Virus record (IMG/VR): IMGVR_UViG_3300001580_000017
Location: 11,066-75,065 of that record
Source: a virus
Lineage: Duplodnaviria > Caudoviricetes
DNA: 64,000 bases
Direction: 5' to 3' (one strand)
Both the position numbers and the translations under genes were made by a program. Below are positions 47,527-56,156 of the stretch, one piece after another. The notes below the pieces were generated by a model that searched no databases, was not told the origin of the DNA, and saw nothing but the letters and a program-made list of their open reading frames with translations. Positions within the stretch are counted from its first letter, which is position 1. The number at the start of each line of letters is the position of its first letter.

Positions 47527-49017
47527 TTAATTCATTCCTTTTAGTAATTTATCTATTTCGTGTATAACCAATTCCAGTTCATTTGCTTTCTTTTTTGCAT
47601 CTTTTCTGATATTGAACATGTCCTTTACTCTTTTCGGTAAGATTCCTTTCTTATCTTGCTTATAAAATTCTCCGTTGGGTGTCATCGTGAGATTATGAGA
47701 TTTTAATACACCACTGAAATTTGTTCTAAAACTTTCATCATTTGCGAATTTATCCAAAAGAATAGTGAGCATATCCAAAGTGTTTTGTTTTCCTCCACCA
47801 GCATAGTTTATAGCTTTTCTTATTTCCCATAGATCAGGTGTAAGTTCGTTATCTTTTACTATAGTTTCCGGAGAAATATTTGACTGCATAATTTGATGGG
47901 GATGAGCAGAGATTATATCTGGGATGATAACATTAAAATATCTTCCTCTAACAAATCTTCCAACATGACCACCAGCAATTCCAACACGAGGATATTTTTC
48001 TTGTGGGATCATTTCGCCATTGTTTAAACAGTAGTTGTATAAATCGCCACTCCAAAGTTTTATGGCACTCGTGCAATCAGAGGGAAGAACCATCATACTA
48101 TTAGACAGAAGCATAACCATATCGAGAATGTGTCGTTTCTTTTCTATGTTGACCATTAAACGAACATCGTGAATATTATAATCAATGAAATGTTCAAAAT
48201 CATTTTCATATAGATCATGTAATGTTCCGTCATATTCAATTTTTTTCTCTCCAAGCTCCGCACTTGCTGCGTCATTTAAAGAATAAAATACTGTATTATT
48301 TATTCCTGAAAAATGCATATACAGTTTCATGTAATCAAGAATTTGAATCGTATAAATTTTCTTCGTGTATTGATTTATGTTCCCGTCACACCAATTTCTT
48401 ATTATAGGAGAAATGTTATAGTATTTATTCAACATTCTTGTGGTCAAATAGGTAATATCAAAATCATCACTGTTCCAACCAATCAACATCTGAATTTGTT
48501 TTTGTTCTAAAAGTTTACACATCAGTTCCAAAAGATGTTGTTCATCTACCGCTTCTCTGTAAACTGATTTATTGTTTTTCGGTTTATAATCTTTTAGAGA
48601 AAAAGTGATATAAACATCTTTATCGAATGTGTAGAATGTTATAGCATTTACGGGGTATAAAGCATCTTTCGGTTTGGGAAATTTATCAGGTGTGTCAACC
48701 TCAATATCAAAAAACCAAGCATCTGGTGTTGATACAATTTGTTCGTTTTTTCCAAATTTGTGACTAATGAATTGATATTTTGGGGCTATAACTCCGCTCA
48801 AATTAGAATGTTCTTTGATGTACTTATTGTATTCATAAGAATTATTAAATTCTAATTTATCTACGGCTTTACCATAAATATCTTTTAACTGACCGATTGG
48901 TGAATGTTCTCCAACTATGGGTTTAAATCTTTCGCTTGAGAGTATAGTTTTGTTTAAGTTTTCATCCTTATAACTATACCACATTCTACCATTTTTTTCA
49001 TATACATTTAAATAAAT
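47527..49017 (-). CDS. gp43: Family B DNA polymerase, N-terminal half (gp43A-like); probable AUU start at 49017 (first ATG 48984)
   Basis: ExoI FFDIEVD, ExoII GWNSDDFD, ExoIII YNIHDV, motif A DIISAHP...NISPET, KGILP...RK; stops in the fingers, no KxxxNSxYG or YGDTDS. Confidence 0.88.
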   Translation of the reverse strand: MYLNVYEKNGRMWYSYKDENLNKTILSSERFKPIVGEHSPIGQLKDIYGKAVDKLEFNNSYEYNKYIKEHSNLSGVIAPKYQFISHKFGKNEQIVSTPDAWFFDIEVDTPDKFPKPKDALYPVNAITFYTFDKDVYITFSLKDYKPKNNKSVYREAVDEQHLLELMCKLLEQKQIQMLIGWNSDDFDITYLTTRMLNKYYNISPIIRNWCDGNINQYTKKIYTIQILDYMKLYMHFSGINNTVFYSLNDAASAELGEKKIEYDGTLHDLYENDFEHFIDYNIHDVRLMVNIEKKRHILDMVMLLSNSMMVLPSDCTSAIKLWSGDLYNYCLNNGEMIPQEKYPRVGIAGGHVGRFVRGRYFNVIIPDIISAHPHQIMQSNISPETIVKDNELTPDLWEIRKAINYAGGGKQNTLDMLTILLDKFANDESFRTNFSGVLKSHNLTMTPNGEFYKQDKKGILPKRVKDMFNIRKDAKKKANELELVIHEIDKLLKGMN

Positions 49018-49043
49018 TTTAAACCTCCATCATTTACAAACCA

Positions 49044-49072
49044 AAGTTAAAGCAAATTTTTATCTTTGTCAA
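49044..49072 (-). promoter_or_regulatory. Sigma70-type promoter for the polymerase gene
   Basis: TTGACA-N17-TAACTT. Confidence 0.65.
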
Positions 49073-49081
49073 TAGTTATTT

Positions 49082-50647
49082 TTACAATAAATCCAAAAAA
49101 GTTGGTTTGGCTACCGAATCAATGAAAGATAAAATATGAGAAATAACTTTTATAGTCCATCCGTTTCCCATCAATTTGTATCTGTTAGTTTCTGCCACAT
49201 TAGCTATAACATAATCAGTAAAATACATATCATAGAAACCATATAGAGCTTCATTATCTTCTCTTGGTATGATAAACTTCTTTGATGGTTTTTTATCAGT
49301 ATAAACACCATATAAAGTATAATTATCAGGAACAGTTTGCAATCTTTCACATTCAAGGGGTGTTAATCTTCTAACTGATTTATTTTGAATAACAGATTGA
49401 CCCGCTATAGATGTACGACAATGAGGAGTAGTTCCCAAAGTTTTTGCTTTCTCATCATCTTTTATTGTGTTATTATAATGATCAATTACATTTGCTTTGT
49501 TGTCATCATCTAATATTAAATGATTACATCTTGGTGACATAGCATGAAGTGTAGGATATTTATCTTCTTCTGTTATTTTTTCTTCTTTGTATCCATGAGG
49601 AATATGATATAAACCGGTCTTAGCACCCATTCCACCAGCAGTTCCAATTAAAGTAACACTTTTTTCTTCTATATCATAAACACGACACCCCTGACTGTTT
49701 TTATGTGTCATTATCAGATTGTCTTTTGTTATCGTTGTCAAAGCATTTGTTTTTTCATCAAAGCGAGGTTCAAGCTGTTGTATATTTTTTCTTTGTTCTT
49801 GAATTTCTCCACTTTCATGGGCTTTTCTTATTTCTTTTCCATATAATGTTCTTTTCGGAGATAGACAAGCTTGTTCTCTTCCTCTGCTTGCTACACAGAT
49901 GGCATCTTCTTCTCTATTGGTACAAATCAAATCAGCCGTTCCTCCACCACCAATTTTTAAGGTATCCATTTTATCAGTGTTATCAACATCTCGGAATTTT
50001 GCAGAAAATCCCCTGCTGTTTTCAACTTGTCTTTCGTTGTATTTGAATAATGCATTTAAAGTTTTATCACTCAAATAATATCTATCATCAGCATTCTGTT
50101 CAAGTATATCTTTTAATTTTATTCCCTGATCTTCCGGTTGCTGAATATTTGGGATATTTGTCCAGTAGAGTCGCTGCCTATTTTGTGCGCTTAAATTTGA
50201 ACTGTTTATCAAAATGGGTTCTACTCCCATATAATCGGTTATTTGCTGTTCCCATTCCTTTTTCATTTTGACATTTTCTAATAAAAAATATTTGGGTTTT
50301 AATTCTTTTAATAATCGGAGATATTCAAAGAATAAACTACTATCTTTTCCTTCTAATCCTCCACCAAGAGAATTGGCATTTGAAAGCTGCGTGCAAGGCG
50401 ATCCCCCCATCAGCAGGTCAATTACAGGAAGATTTTCAGCATTTAATTTTGTAACATCACCAAGTTGAACAGTTTCGGGAAAATTAAAATTTGTTACCGC
50501 TATTGCATGGGTATCAATTTCCGAAGCATAGTATTTACAATATTTTATTCCAAGATCATTTAGTGCAAGTTGACCCCCGGAACAACCATCAAATAAACTC
50601 AGAACATTTCTTACATAAATTTTATCAATTTTTTCTACTTCAATCAT
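49082..50647 (-). CDS. dcm: C5 cytosine DNA methyltransferase with an expanded variable region
   Basis: SLFDGCSGG, GGSPC, LLENV, QNRQRLYW, RRLTPLECERLQ, GNGW. Confidence 0.93.
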   Translation of the reverse strand: MIEVEKIDKIYVRNVLSLFDGCSGGQLALNDLGIKYCKYYASEIDTHAIAVTNFNFPETVQLGDVTKLNAENLPVIDLLMGGSPCTQLSNANSLGGGLEGKDSSLFFEYLRLLKELKPKYFLLENVKMKKEWEQQITDYMGVEPILINSSNLSAQNRQRLYWTNIPNIQQPEDQGIKLKDILEQNADDRYYLSDKTLNALFKYNERQVENSRGFSAKFRDVDNTDKMDTLKIGGGGTADLICTNREEDAICVASRGREQACLSPKRTLYGKEIRKAHESGEIQEQRKNIQQLEPRFDEKTNALTTITKDNLIMTHKNSQGCRVYDIEEKSVTLIGTAGGMGAKTGLYHIPHGYKEEKITEEDKYPTLHAMSPRCNHLILDDDNKANVIDHYNNTIKDDEKAKTLGTTPHCRTSIAGQSVIQNKSVRRLTPLECERLQTVPDNYTLYGVYTDKKPSKKFIIPREDNEALYGFYDMYFTDYVIANVAETNRYKLMGNGWTIKVISHILSFIDSVAKPTFLDLL

Positions 50648-50943
50648 TTATCTGTGCTCCCAATTCCACCGGTTCTTTCTTCTACTGTTTCGTCACCATC
50701 AGCCACTAAATACTTCTCAAAAACTCCTTGAGCTATTTTTTCTCCTTTGGTTATTAATCTTGGACATTTACCAAAATTATGTAATGCTACGGCGATGTTC
50801 CCGTTGTTATTTTCGTTGTTATGATAATCACAATTATGCAGACATAAATTATTTCCAAAAAAATTGTGATTTTTATCAACATTAATGTGATAAATTGGTT
50901 CAGTTGTCGTTTGTTTAATTTCTTTGATTTTCACAAATTTCAT
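50644..50943 (-). CDS. dut: Split-intein C-half (37 aa) fused to dUTPase C-extein (62 aa)
   Basis: MKFVKIKEI...IYHINVDKNHNFFGNNLCLHN|CDY...GEKIAQG...RTGGIGST (dUTPase motifs III-V). Confidence 0.9.
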   Translation of the reverse strand: MKFVKIKEIKQTTTEPIYHINVDKNHNFFGNNLCLHNCDYHNNENNNGNIAVALHNFGKCPRLITKGEKIAQGVFEKYLVADGDETVEERTGGIGSTDK

Positions 50944-51967
50944 TTATTTTCTCCTTTAATTTAATTATGTATTCTTCTTTTTCTTCAAAATCATTTTCCC
51001 ATAAGACTAATACTATATATCCCATATTTTGTAAAAATAATTTTTTCTGATTATCGTATTCCCAAATATCTGATGCGGTCTTTTGTATTTTAGAATGAAA
51101 ATAACTCGCATCATATATTACCGGATTACAATGCCAATAATCACCATTACATTCAATAATAATTTTTTTATCTAACAAACAAATATCAACAAATAATTTT
51201 CGAGTTTCATTTTTAACACACATCTCTACCTCAACATTGAATCCGTGCTCTTTTAATTTATCAAATATATATTTTTGCCATTTTGATATTCTTTTTGCAC
51301 CAAATCTCTTATTGCTACACACAAGAGAACAATATGTATGATTTTCACATTTTGTAGTTGTAAATTCATTATTACATGTTGGGCAAATTTTAATCAATCT
51401 TCCGATATCGTGTTTACATTTTTTAGAACAAAAACTTACATTTTTTCTATATGGGTGAACTTCAAAAATATTTTTACACACTATACACACTTTTTTTATT
51501 AATCTCTTTTCTTGGTTTGATTGAAATTTTAAATCCTTGTGTTTTTGCCTGTATGCTGACCAACAAGCAATTGAGCAACATCTTTGATTTGCATTTTGTG
51601 AATATACAGTAAATAGATTACCGCAGTTAATACAATTTCTTTTAACTGGAGGAACACGGTTGTTTTTGCCACTACAGATTTTGCTACAAAATTTTTTATT
51701 TTTAGTTTCTTTGCCACATTTATAACAGAATCGTGTTTTGCTGCGGTTATAACACGAGACGGAACAATATTTTTTAGATTTATCCCATTCTGTAACTTTG
51801 AACATGGTATCACAAAATAAACATTTTTTAATTTCATTGTGTGGAGATTTGTGTTCCCAATAACACGCGGTTGAACAATAATTTGCTGTGTTTTTTCTGT
51901 ATAACGGCACATAAAATTCATTTCCACATCCAATACAAGATTTTGTTACTCCATTTTTCGCACTCAT
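50915..51967 (-). CDS. Free-standing homing endonuclease: six CxxC...(Y/F)CSxxC zinc repeats + Vsr-like (EDxHD/DUF559) domain
   Basis: FVDI...IIIECNGDYWH...EYD...GYIVLVLWE; own late promoter at 52001-52008. Confidence 0.85.
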   Translation of the reverse strand: MSAKNGVTKSCIGCGNEFYVPLYRKNTANYCSTACYWEHKSPHNEIKKCLFCDTMFKVTEWDKSKKYCSVSCYNRSKTRFCYKCGKETKNKKFCSKICSGKNNRVPPVKRNCINCGNLFTVYSQNANQRCCSIACWSAYRQKHKDLKFQSNQEKRLIKKVCIVCKNIFEVHPYRKNVSFCSKKCKHDIGRLIKICPTCNNEFTTTKCENHTYCSLVCSNKRFGAKRISKWQKYIFDKLKEHGFNVEVEMCVKNETRKLFVDICLLDKKIIIECNGDYWHCNPVIYDASYFHSKIQKTASDIWEYDNQKKLFLQNMGYIVLVLWENDFEEKEEYIIKLKEKINEICENQRN

Positions 51968-52000
51968 ATATTTCCTTTATTTTTAATATTATAACAATAT

Positions 52001-52008
52001 TATTTATA
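52001..52008 (-). promoter_or_regulatory. Late promoter for the endonuclease / intein-C transcript
   Basis: Exact TATAAATA in the 60-bp gap. Confidence 0.7.
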
Positions 52009-52027
52009 AAAGAAATATAGCGGTAAA

Positions 52028-52618
52028 CTAAAATTTTAAAACTTTATCGCAAATTGTCAAATTTTTAATTTTTATCCATCCTCGTTCTGTATATATTTCT
52101 TTGTTCTCTGGTAATTTTATTTTGTCACCTTCTTCTGTTTCTATTTCTATTAGCGGCAAATCATTAACTATCCATATATCAGTTATCATATCTTCTTCTA
52201 CTTCTTTTTCCTCCTCATTAAAAGAAAAAATTATCTCAGGGACATTACTATCAAAAATATCTTCTATTTTTTTATTTCCGTTGGGTGTGGTTATATTTGT
52301 TCCTTTCGGTACACAATCCACTATACCAGTGCCATTGGCAAGTCTCAATTGTCTCTTGATTCCCAAAGAACTTCTCGAATAAATTTTAAGAACTTCATCA
52401 TCTTGCATTTTACAACAAACATCTGTCCAAGTTATAACTGTTTCACCCGGAGGAATTTCAATATCTTCCACAAGGAAAAAATCATATCCAGCGGAATTTT
52501 TACTTCCTCTTTTCGGTAGAATTATTTCCGCATTTGGAAATTTTCTAAATTTATCCGAAACCACATAAAATTTTCTATTAATTTGTTTGTATATTTCTTT
52601 TTCGCTCATATACGCCAT
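52028..52618 (-). CDS. dut: dUTPase N-extein (101 aa) fused to split-intein N-half (95 aa, Cys1 codon at 52315)
   Basis: PKRGSKNSAGYDF, RSSLG, LANGTGIVD|CVPKGTNITTPNG..KIEDI...IETEEGDKIKL...TERGWIKIKNL...DKV. Confidence 0.9.
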   Translation of the reverse strand: MAYMSEKEIYKQINRKFYVVSDKFRKFPNAEIILPKRGSKNSAGYDFFLVEDIEIPPGETVITWTDVCCKMQDDEVLKIYSRSSLGIKRQLRLANGTGIVDCVPKGTNITTPNGNKKIEDIFDSNVPEIIFSFNEEEKEVEEDMITDIWIVNDLPLIEIETEEGDKIKLPENKEIYTERGWIKIKNLTICDKVLKF

Positions 52619-53150
52619 CCATTAATTTAGTTATACTGAATTTATTTTCATCTTCTTTTCCAACGACCAAATAACCAAAAACGAGTATTCTGTTATCTGG
52701 ATCATATACACATTTTTCTTGTACGGAATAAACCTCAACCATATCAGAATAATCTAATCTTTGATTTATTTTATTAATCCAAAAATTTCTTTCTTCTTCC
52801 GGTAAATTATGAAGTTTATCTGATTCCAAAAAATTCTTGTCTATCCATTTTTTTAATCTTTTTTCTTCTCTATCTGTTGCTGTGAAGATATCTATCTTTT
52901 TGTCATATCTTCTTATTTTACTAGGATAACGATTTATTGATATTTTCGTTGATGTTAAACCGTTGGGTCTTTTTCCGTCTGCATCTGTTGTTAATTGTCT
53001 TATACTTCCGATGTAACCAAGAAAATCAAGAGAGTATCCATTTACATATAAATCAATGTTTGAATATTCAGAATCATTATATTTTAATCCATCACATCCA
53101 CTACAAGGAACTGATTCTTTTATTTCATCACAATTATCGCATTTGTTCAT
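52578..53150 (-). CDS. Hypothetical protein
   Basis: CDNC...CSGC N-terminus. Confidence 0.55.
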   Translation of the reverse strand: MNKCDNCDEIKESVPCSGCDGLKYNDSEYSNIDLYVNGYSLDFLGYIGSIRQLTTDADGKRPNGLTSTKISINRYPSKIRRYDKKIDIFTATDREEKRLKKWIDKNFLESDKLHNLPEEERNFWINKINQRLDYSDMVEVYSVQEKCVYDPDNRILVFGYLVVGKEDENKFSITKLMDGVYERKRNIQTN

Positions 53151-53641
53151 ATTTTTGTGTTCTCCGTTGTTATTTTAATATCATATATTTTTTCACTGAA
53201 CGGGATCATTATGTTTATCTTTGCACCTTCATCGTTTCTATCTATTTGATATTTACTTATACCACCATTGTTTAGTAAATATTCTAACTTTTCCACCAAT
53301 GATTTAACCATTTCACATCGTAACTCTTTCGTATTTAGTTCAAAATAAAAAGGTGATAAAGTCTCTCGTATGCTTTTTTTGATTTCTTTTACTTTATTGG
53401 ATATATAATATGATTGTAACTGTTTTGTCAGTTGCTCATAACTTCTTTTATTCGGATTATCCAAGAATTTCTTCAAGAAATACTTACAATCAAATTTCTC
53501 TGTTATGTCGTTTATTTCTTGCTCATCTATCTTCGCCACTTCACTGTAACAATTCCTACAAATGTACTTTGTTTTTAGTTCAGCCATTCCATGACCACAA
53601 TGCATACATATTTGTTCATTTGTTTTATATTCTTCCTTCAT
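53147..53641 (-). CDS. Hypothetical protein: zinc ribbon plus segment resembling the tail-sheath C-terminal domain
   Basis: CMHC..CRNC; FYFELNTKELRCEMVKSLVEKLEYLLNNGGISKYQI. Confidence 0.5.
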   Translation of the reverse strand: MKEEYKTNEQICMHCGHGMAELKTKYICRNCYSEVAKIDEQEINDITEKFDCKYFLKKFLDNPNKRSYEQLTKQLQSYYISNKVKEIKKSIRETLSPFYFELNTKELRCEMVKSLVEKLEYLLNNGGISKYQIDRNDEGAKINIMIPFSEKIYDIKITTENTKI

Positions 53642-54189
53642 TTTCCTTCCTCCGTTAATTCTTTTAATATTTTCGGTAGTTCCAAAAACTCATTTATACT
53701 TTTATGAGATTTTGCTTCCGTGTTGTATGGTCTGTTCATTTTTATGCTGAACTTTGTGCTGTTGTTTTCTAAGTACTTTGGACAGTCATCAATTATAGCC
53801 AAACCATTGTATTTTATTTTATCTCTGTCAAAAATGATACTGCAATTTATTTCATATTTAGCCATCCAAAACAATATCACATCTTTTGCTTTATCTGGTG
53901 CCGCAGTGATTATAACAGGTTCATATGTCAAAGACAATAAATTCAATGTCTCTGGAACTTTTTTATAAGGTTTAACACTGTAAATTTCTTCAACATGCTC
54001 GTCTATGAAATCCAATATTTGTTCTTGTGATGGAAGATATTTCAAAAATTTAAACATATCATAGTGAGTGATATCTTCCAGTTTCATCTGTGTTCCAAAT
54101 TGTCGGTTATAACAAGACAGAAAAGGAAGGCAAAAAGAACGTAGGGTCTCATCTAAATCAACTATGAGTTTTTCTTTCTTATTAATCAC
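53638..54189 (-). CDS. 5'(3')-deoxyribonucleotidase (NT5C, HAD family), GTG start
   Basis: LIVDLDETL, IITA, IIDDCPKYL, RPYN. Confidence 0.82.
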   Translation of the reverse strand: MINKKEKLIVDLDETLRSFCLPFLSCYNRQFGTQMKLEDITHYDMFKFLKYLPSQEQILDFIDEHVEEIYSVKPYKKVPETLNLLSLTYEPVIITAAPDKAKDVILFWMAKYEINCSIIFDRDKIKYNGLAIIDDCPKYLENNSTKFSIKMNRPYNTEAKSHKSINEFLELPKILKELTEEGK

Positions 54190-54343
54190 TTTTTCTCGCA
54201 GTTTCAATAACACTGATATCAACATCTTCAGGAACAATAACAACATCAAATCCCAGAGTTTCAAATTCTTTTTTGATTTTTGCTATTTCTTTTTTATCTG
54301 TTTCATATTCCAATTTTTTTATAACAATGATATCCTTGCTCAT
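54182..54343 (-). CDS. 53-aa hypothetical protein (not in the ORF track)
   Basis: MSKDIIVIKKLEY...; SD GGAG. Confidence 0.5.
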   Translation of the reverse strand: MSKDIIVIKKLEYETDKKEIAKIKKEFETLGFDVVIVPEDVDISVIETARKSD

Positions 54344-54351
54344 ATTTCTCC

Positions 54352-55098
54352 TTAATATTTTATTTTTTCTTCTGTAAAATCAATGACCAAATAAAATCTA
54401 TCATCGAGTTTATTTTTGTGGAATGCTCCCTTAAATACGGTTGCAATTTTTTCCATAACACTCATAGGTAAAAGCTGATTAGAAACACAAACTTTTATTA
54501 TGGGTTTATTTTTTTCGTTGATTGATTTCTCTTCTTCTTTGATTATTTTTGCTCCTCTAATTAAATAACCAATAACTAAACTCGGAGACATCCATGATGG
54601 TTCGGGATTATGAGCAATTTTTTCCTGAATTGTATAAATCAGATCAAATTCACTTTCAGCAAATTTTAATATTCTTTCTCTGATTTCATTTTTTGTTTTT
54701 CCTTCAGACATATATAAAAACAATTCTTCTGTTCCATTCTCTTCAAAATATTCTTTCTCAAAATTTAATAATCTTTTTTCTCTGTCTTCATATTCTTGTG
54801 GTGATTCCTGTCTTATTTCACTTGATGTTTTTGAAACGGGAACAAGAAAACTCAATTTATCATTTTCTGAAAAATATGCTTTCAGATATCTCGTAAAATC
54901 ACTTCTAATCGTTCTTGTTATAACCGATACCCCATCCATATAAAACCAAGGAGCATATACCTGCTTCAATTTGCCTATTCCCATCTCACCCATAAAATCT
55001 TCAAATAACCACAAGGGTTTATGTGGATCAAGTTGATTGTCATAATACCAATCTTCTTTGTTTCCTATATTGGTGTTAATTGATTTATCTTCTTTCAT
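54352..55098 (-). CDS. Hypothetical protein
   Basis: 248-aa ORF in operon. Confidence 0.6.
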   Translation of the reverse strand: MKEDKSINTNIGNKEDWYYDNQLDPHKPLWLFEDFMGEMGIGKLKQVYAPWFYMDGVSVITRTIRSDFTRYLKAYFSENDKLSFLVPVSKTSSEIRQESPQEYEDREKRLLNFEKEYFEENGTEELFLYMSEGKTKNEIRERILKFAESEFDLIYTIQEKIAHNPEPSWMSPSLVIGYLIRGAKIIKEEEKSINEKNKPIIKVCVSNQLLPMSVMEKIATVFKGAFHKNKLDDRFYLVIDFTEEKIKY

Positions 55099-55328
55099 TT
55101 TTTCTCCACCTTGTCATATCTATAATTTACATTAACAGAATAATCAGATTTATCTTTTGCTGCCGGATCAATTCCTATAGTAAAAGTTAAATTTTTGAAT
55201 ATAAAACCGGAAAAATTTTCTATTTCTGTATAAGTATCTTCTTTGGATTTATTTTTTTCAATTATATCCACCCATTCTTTTAAGAAGTTAGTTATACTGT
55301 TATCCCATTCGATCAATTTCATTTCCAT
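55095..55328 (-). CDS. Hypothetical protein
   Basis: Short ORF in operon. Confidence 0.5.
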   Translation of the reverse strand: MEMKLIEWDNSITNFLKEWVDIIEKNKSKEDTYTEIENFSGFIFKNLTFTIGIDPAAKDKSDYSVNVNYRYDKVEKK

Positions 55329-55333
55329 TGATT

Positions 55334-55672
55334 CTAATACTCAATTTTATTTTTTATTTTTGTATTGATCACAACCGCACCATCAATAATGCTGATATCC
55401 AGCGGATGTTCGATTTTATCCATTCTTTCGATTATTATTCTATAACCTTGAATATCATGGTTTATGCTTTTTGCGATATCGGGAAGTGCCATATTCATAA
55501 CACTACCAAACATTTGTGCTATTCCCATGCTGACTGCTCCGACAATTTCATTATCATTCAGTTTGTTTGGATCAATTTTATCAATTTCCTGTTGAACTAA
55601 GGTTTCGAGAATCTTTTTATCAATCTCTACATCGAATATTTTTTTGCCTAATTTTTTTTCTTTTTGTGCCAT
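55334..55672 (-). CDS. Hypothetical protein
   Basis: SD GAGG. Confidence 0.55.
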   Translation of the reverse strand: MAQKEKKLGKKIFDVEIDKKILETLVQQEIDKIDPNKLNDNEIVGAVSMGIAQMFGSVMNMALPDIAKSINHDIQGYRIIIERMDKIEHPLDISIIDGAVVINTKIKNKIEY

Positions 55673-55705
55673 ATTTTCCTCTTTTTATTTTTGTTTTGTC
55701 AAGAT

Positions 55706-56011
55706 TTATTTAATTCCTCTGATCCAATATCTATATGATCCATCATCAGCTTTAACTTCTGCAATTGAAAGCATAAACATCGGATTTTCTTTTTCTATTG
55801 CATCATTCATTTCATAAATAAAATATTTTTGTTGTAATTCGGTCATATCTTTAAACGGGATACAAGAAATTATAGGTAATATAATTATCTTTGATAACAT
55901 TGCCACGTTGGTTTCATCATCTATTTTCATAAAAAAATTTGGAGCTTTTATAATTTTGTATGATCTGATATCAAATAAATCGAGTTTTAATAATGTTTGT
56001 GGTTCCCCCAT
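55706..56011 (-). CDS. Hypothetical early protein
   Basis: SD GGAGGAG; promoter 56039-56067. Confidence 0.6.
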   Translation of the reverse strand: MGEPQTLLKLDLFDIRSYKIIKAPNFFMKIDDETNVAMLSKIIILPIISCIPFKDMTELQQKYFIYEMNDAIEKENPMFMLSIAEVKADDGSYRYWIRGIK

Positions 56012-56038
56012 TTCTCCTCCACTTTAATAATTCAACCA

Positions 56039-56067
56039 AAGTTAACTATATTTTTTTGTTTTGTCAA
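56039..56067 (-). promoter_or_regulatory. Sigma70-type promoter
   Basis: TTGACA-N17-TAACTT. Confidence 0.65.
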
Positions 56068-56156
56068 GTATTTTGTTTTAATTTTTATAAATAAAGATAT
56101 ACGATTTCAGAGAAACGAAAATTTCATTATACATTTTCCTCCTGAAACAATCAAAT

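Noticed and set aside
47527-48984. Split intein explaining the polymerase break
   Set aside because: C-terminus has no Cys/Ser-initiated Hint N-domain; it ends in a helical fingers segment
51529-51933. Alternative-frame 134-aa ORF inside the endonuclease
   Set aside because: Same-strand shadow frame without an SD; the main frame carries the clear zinc repeats
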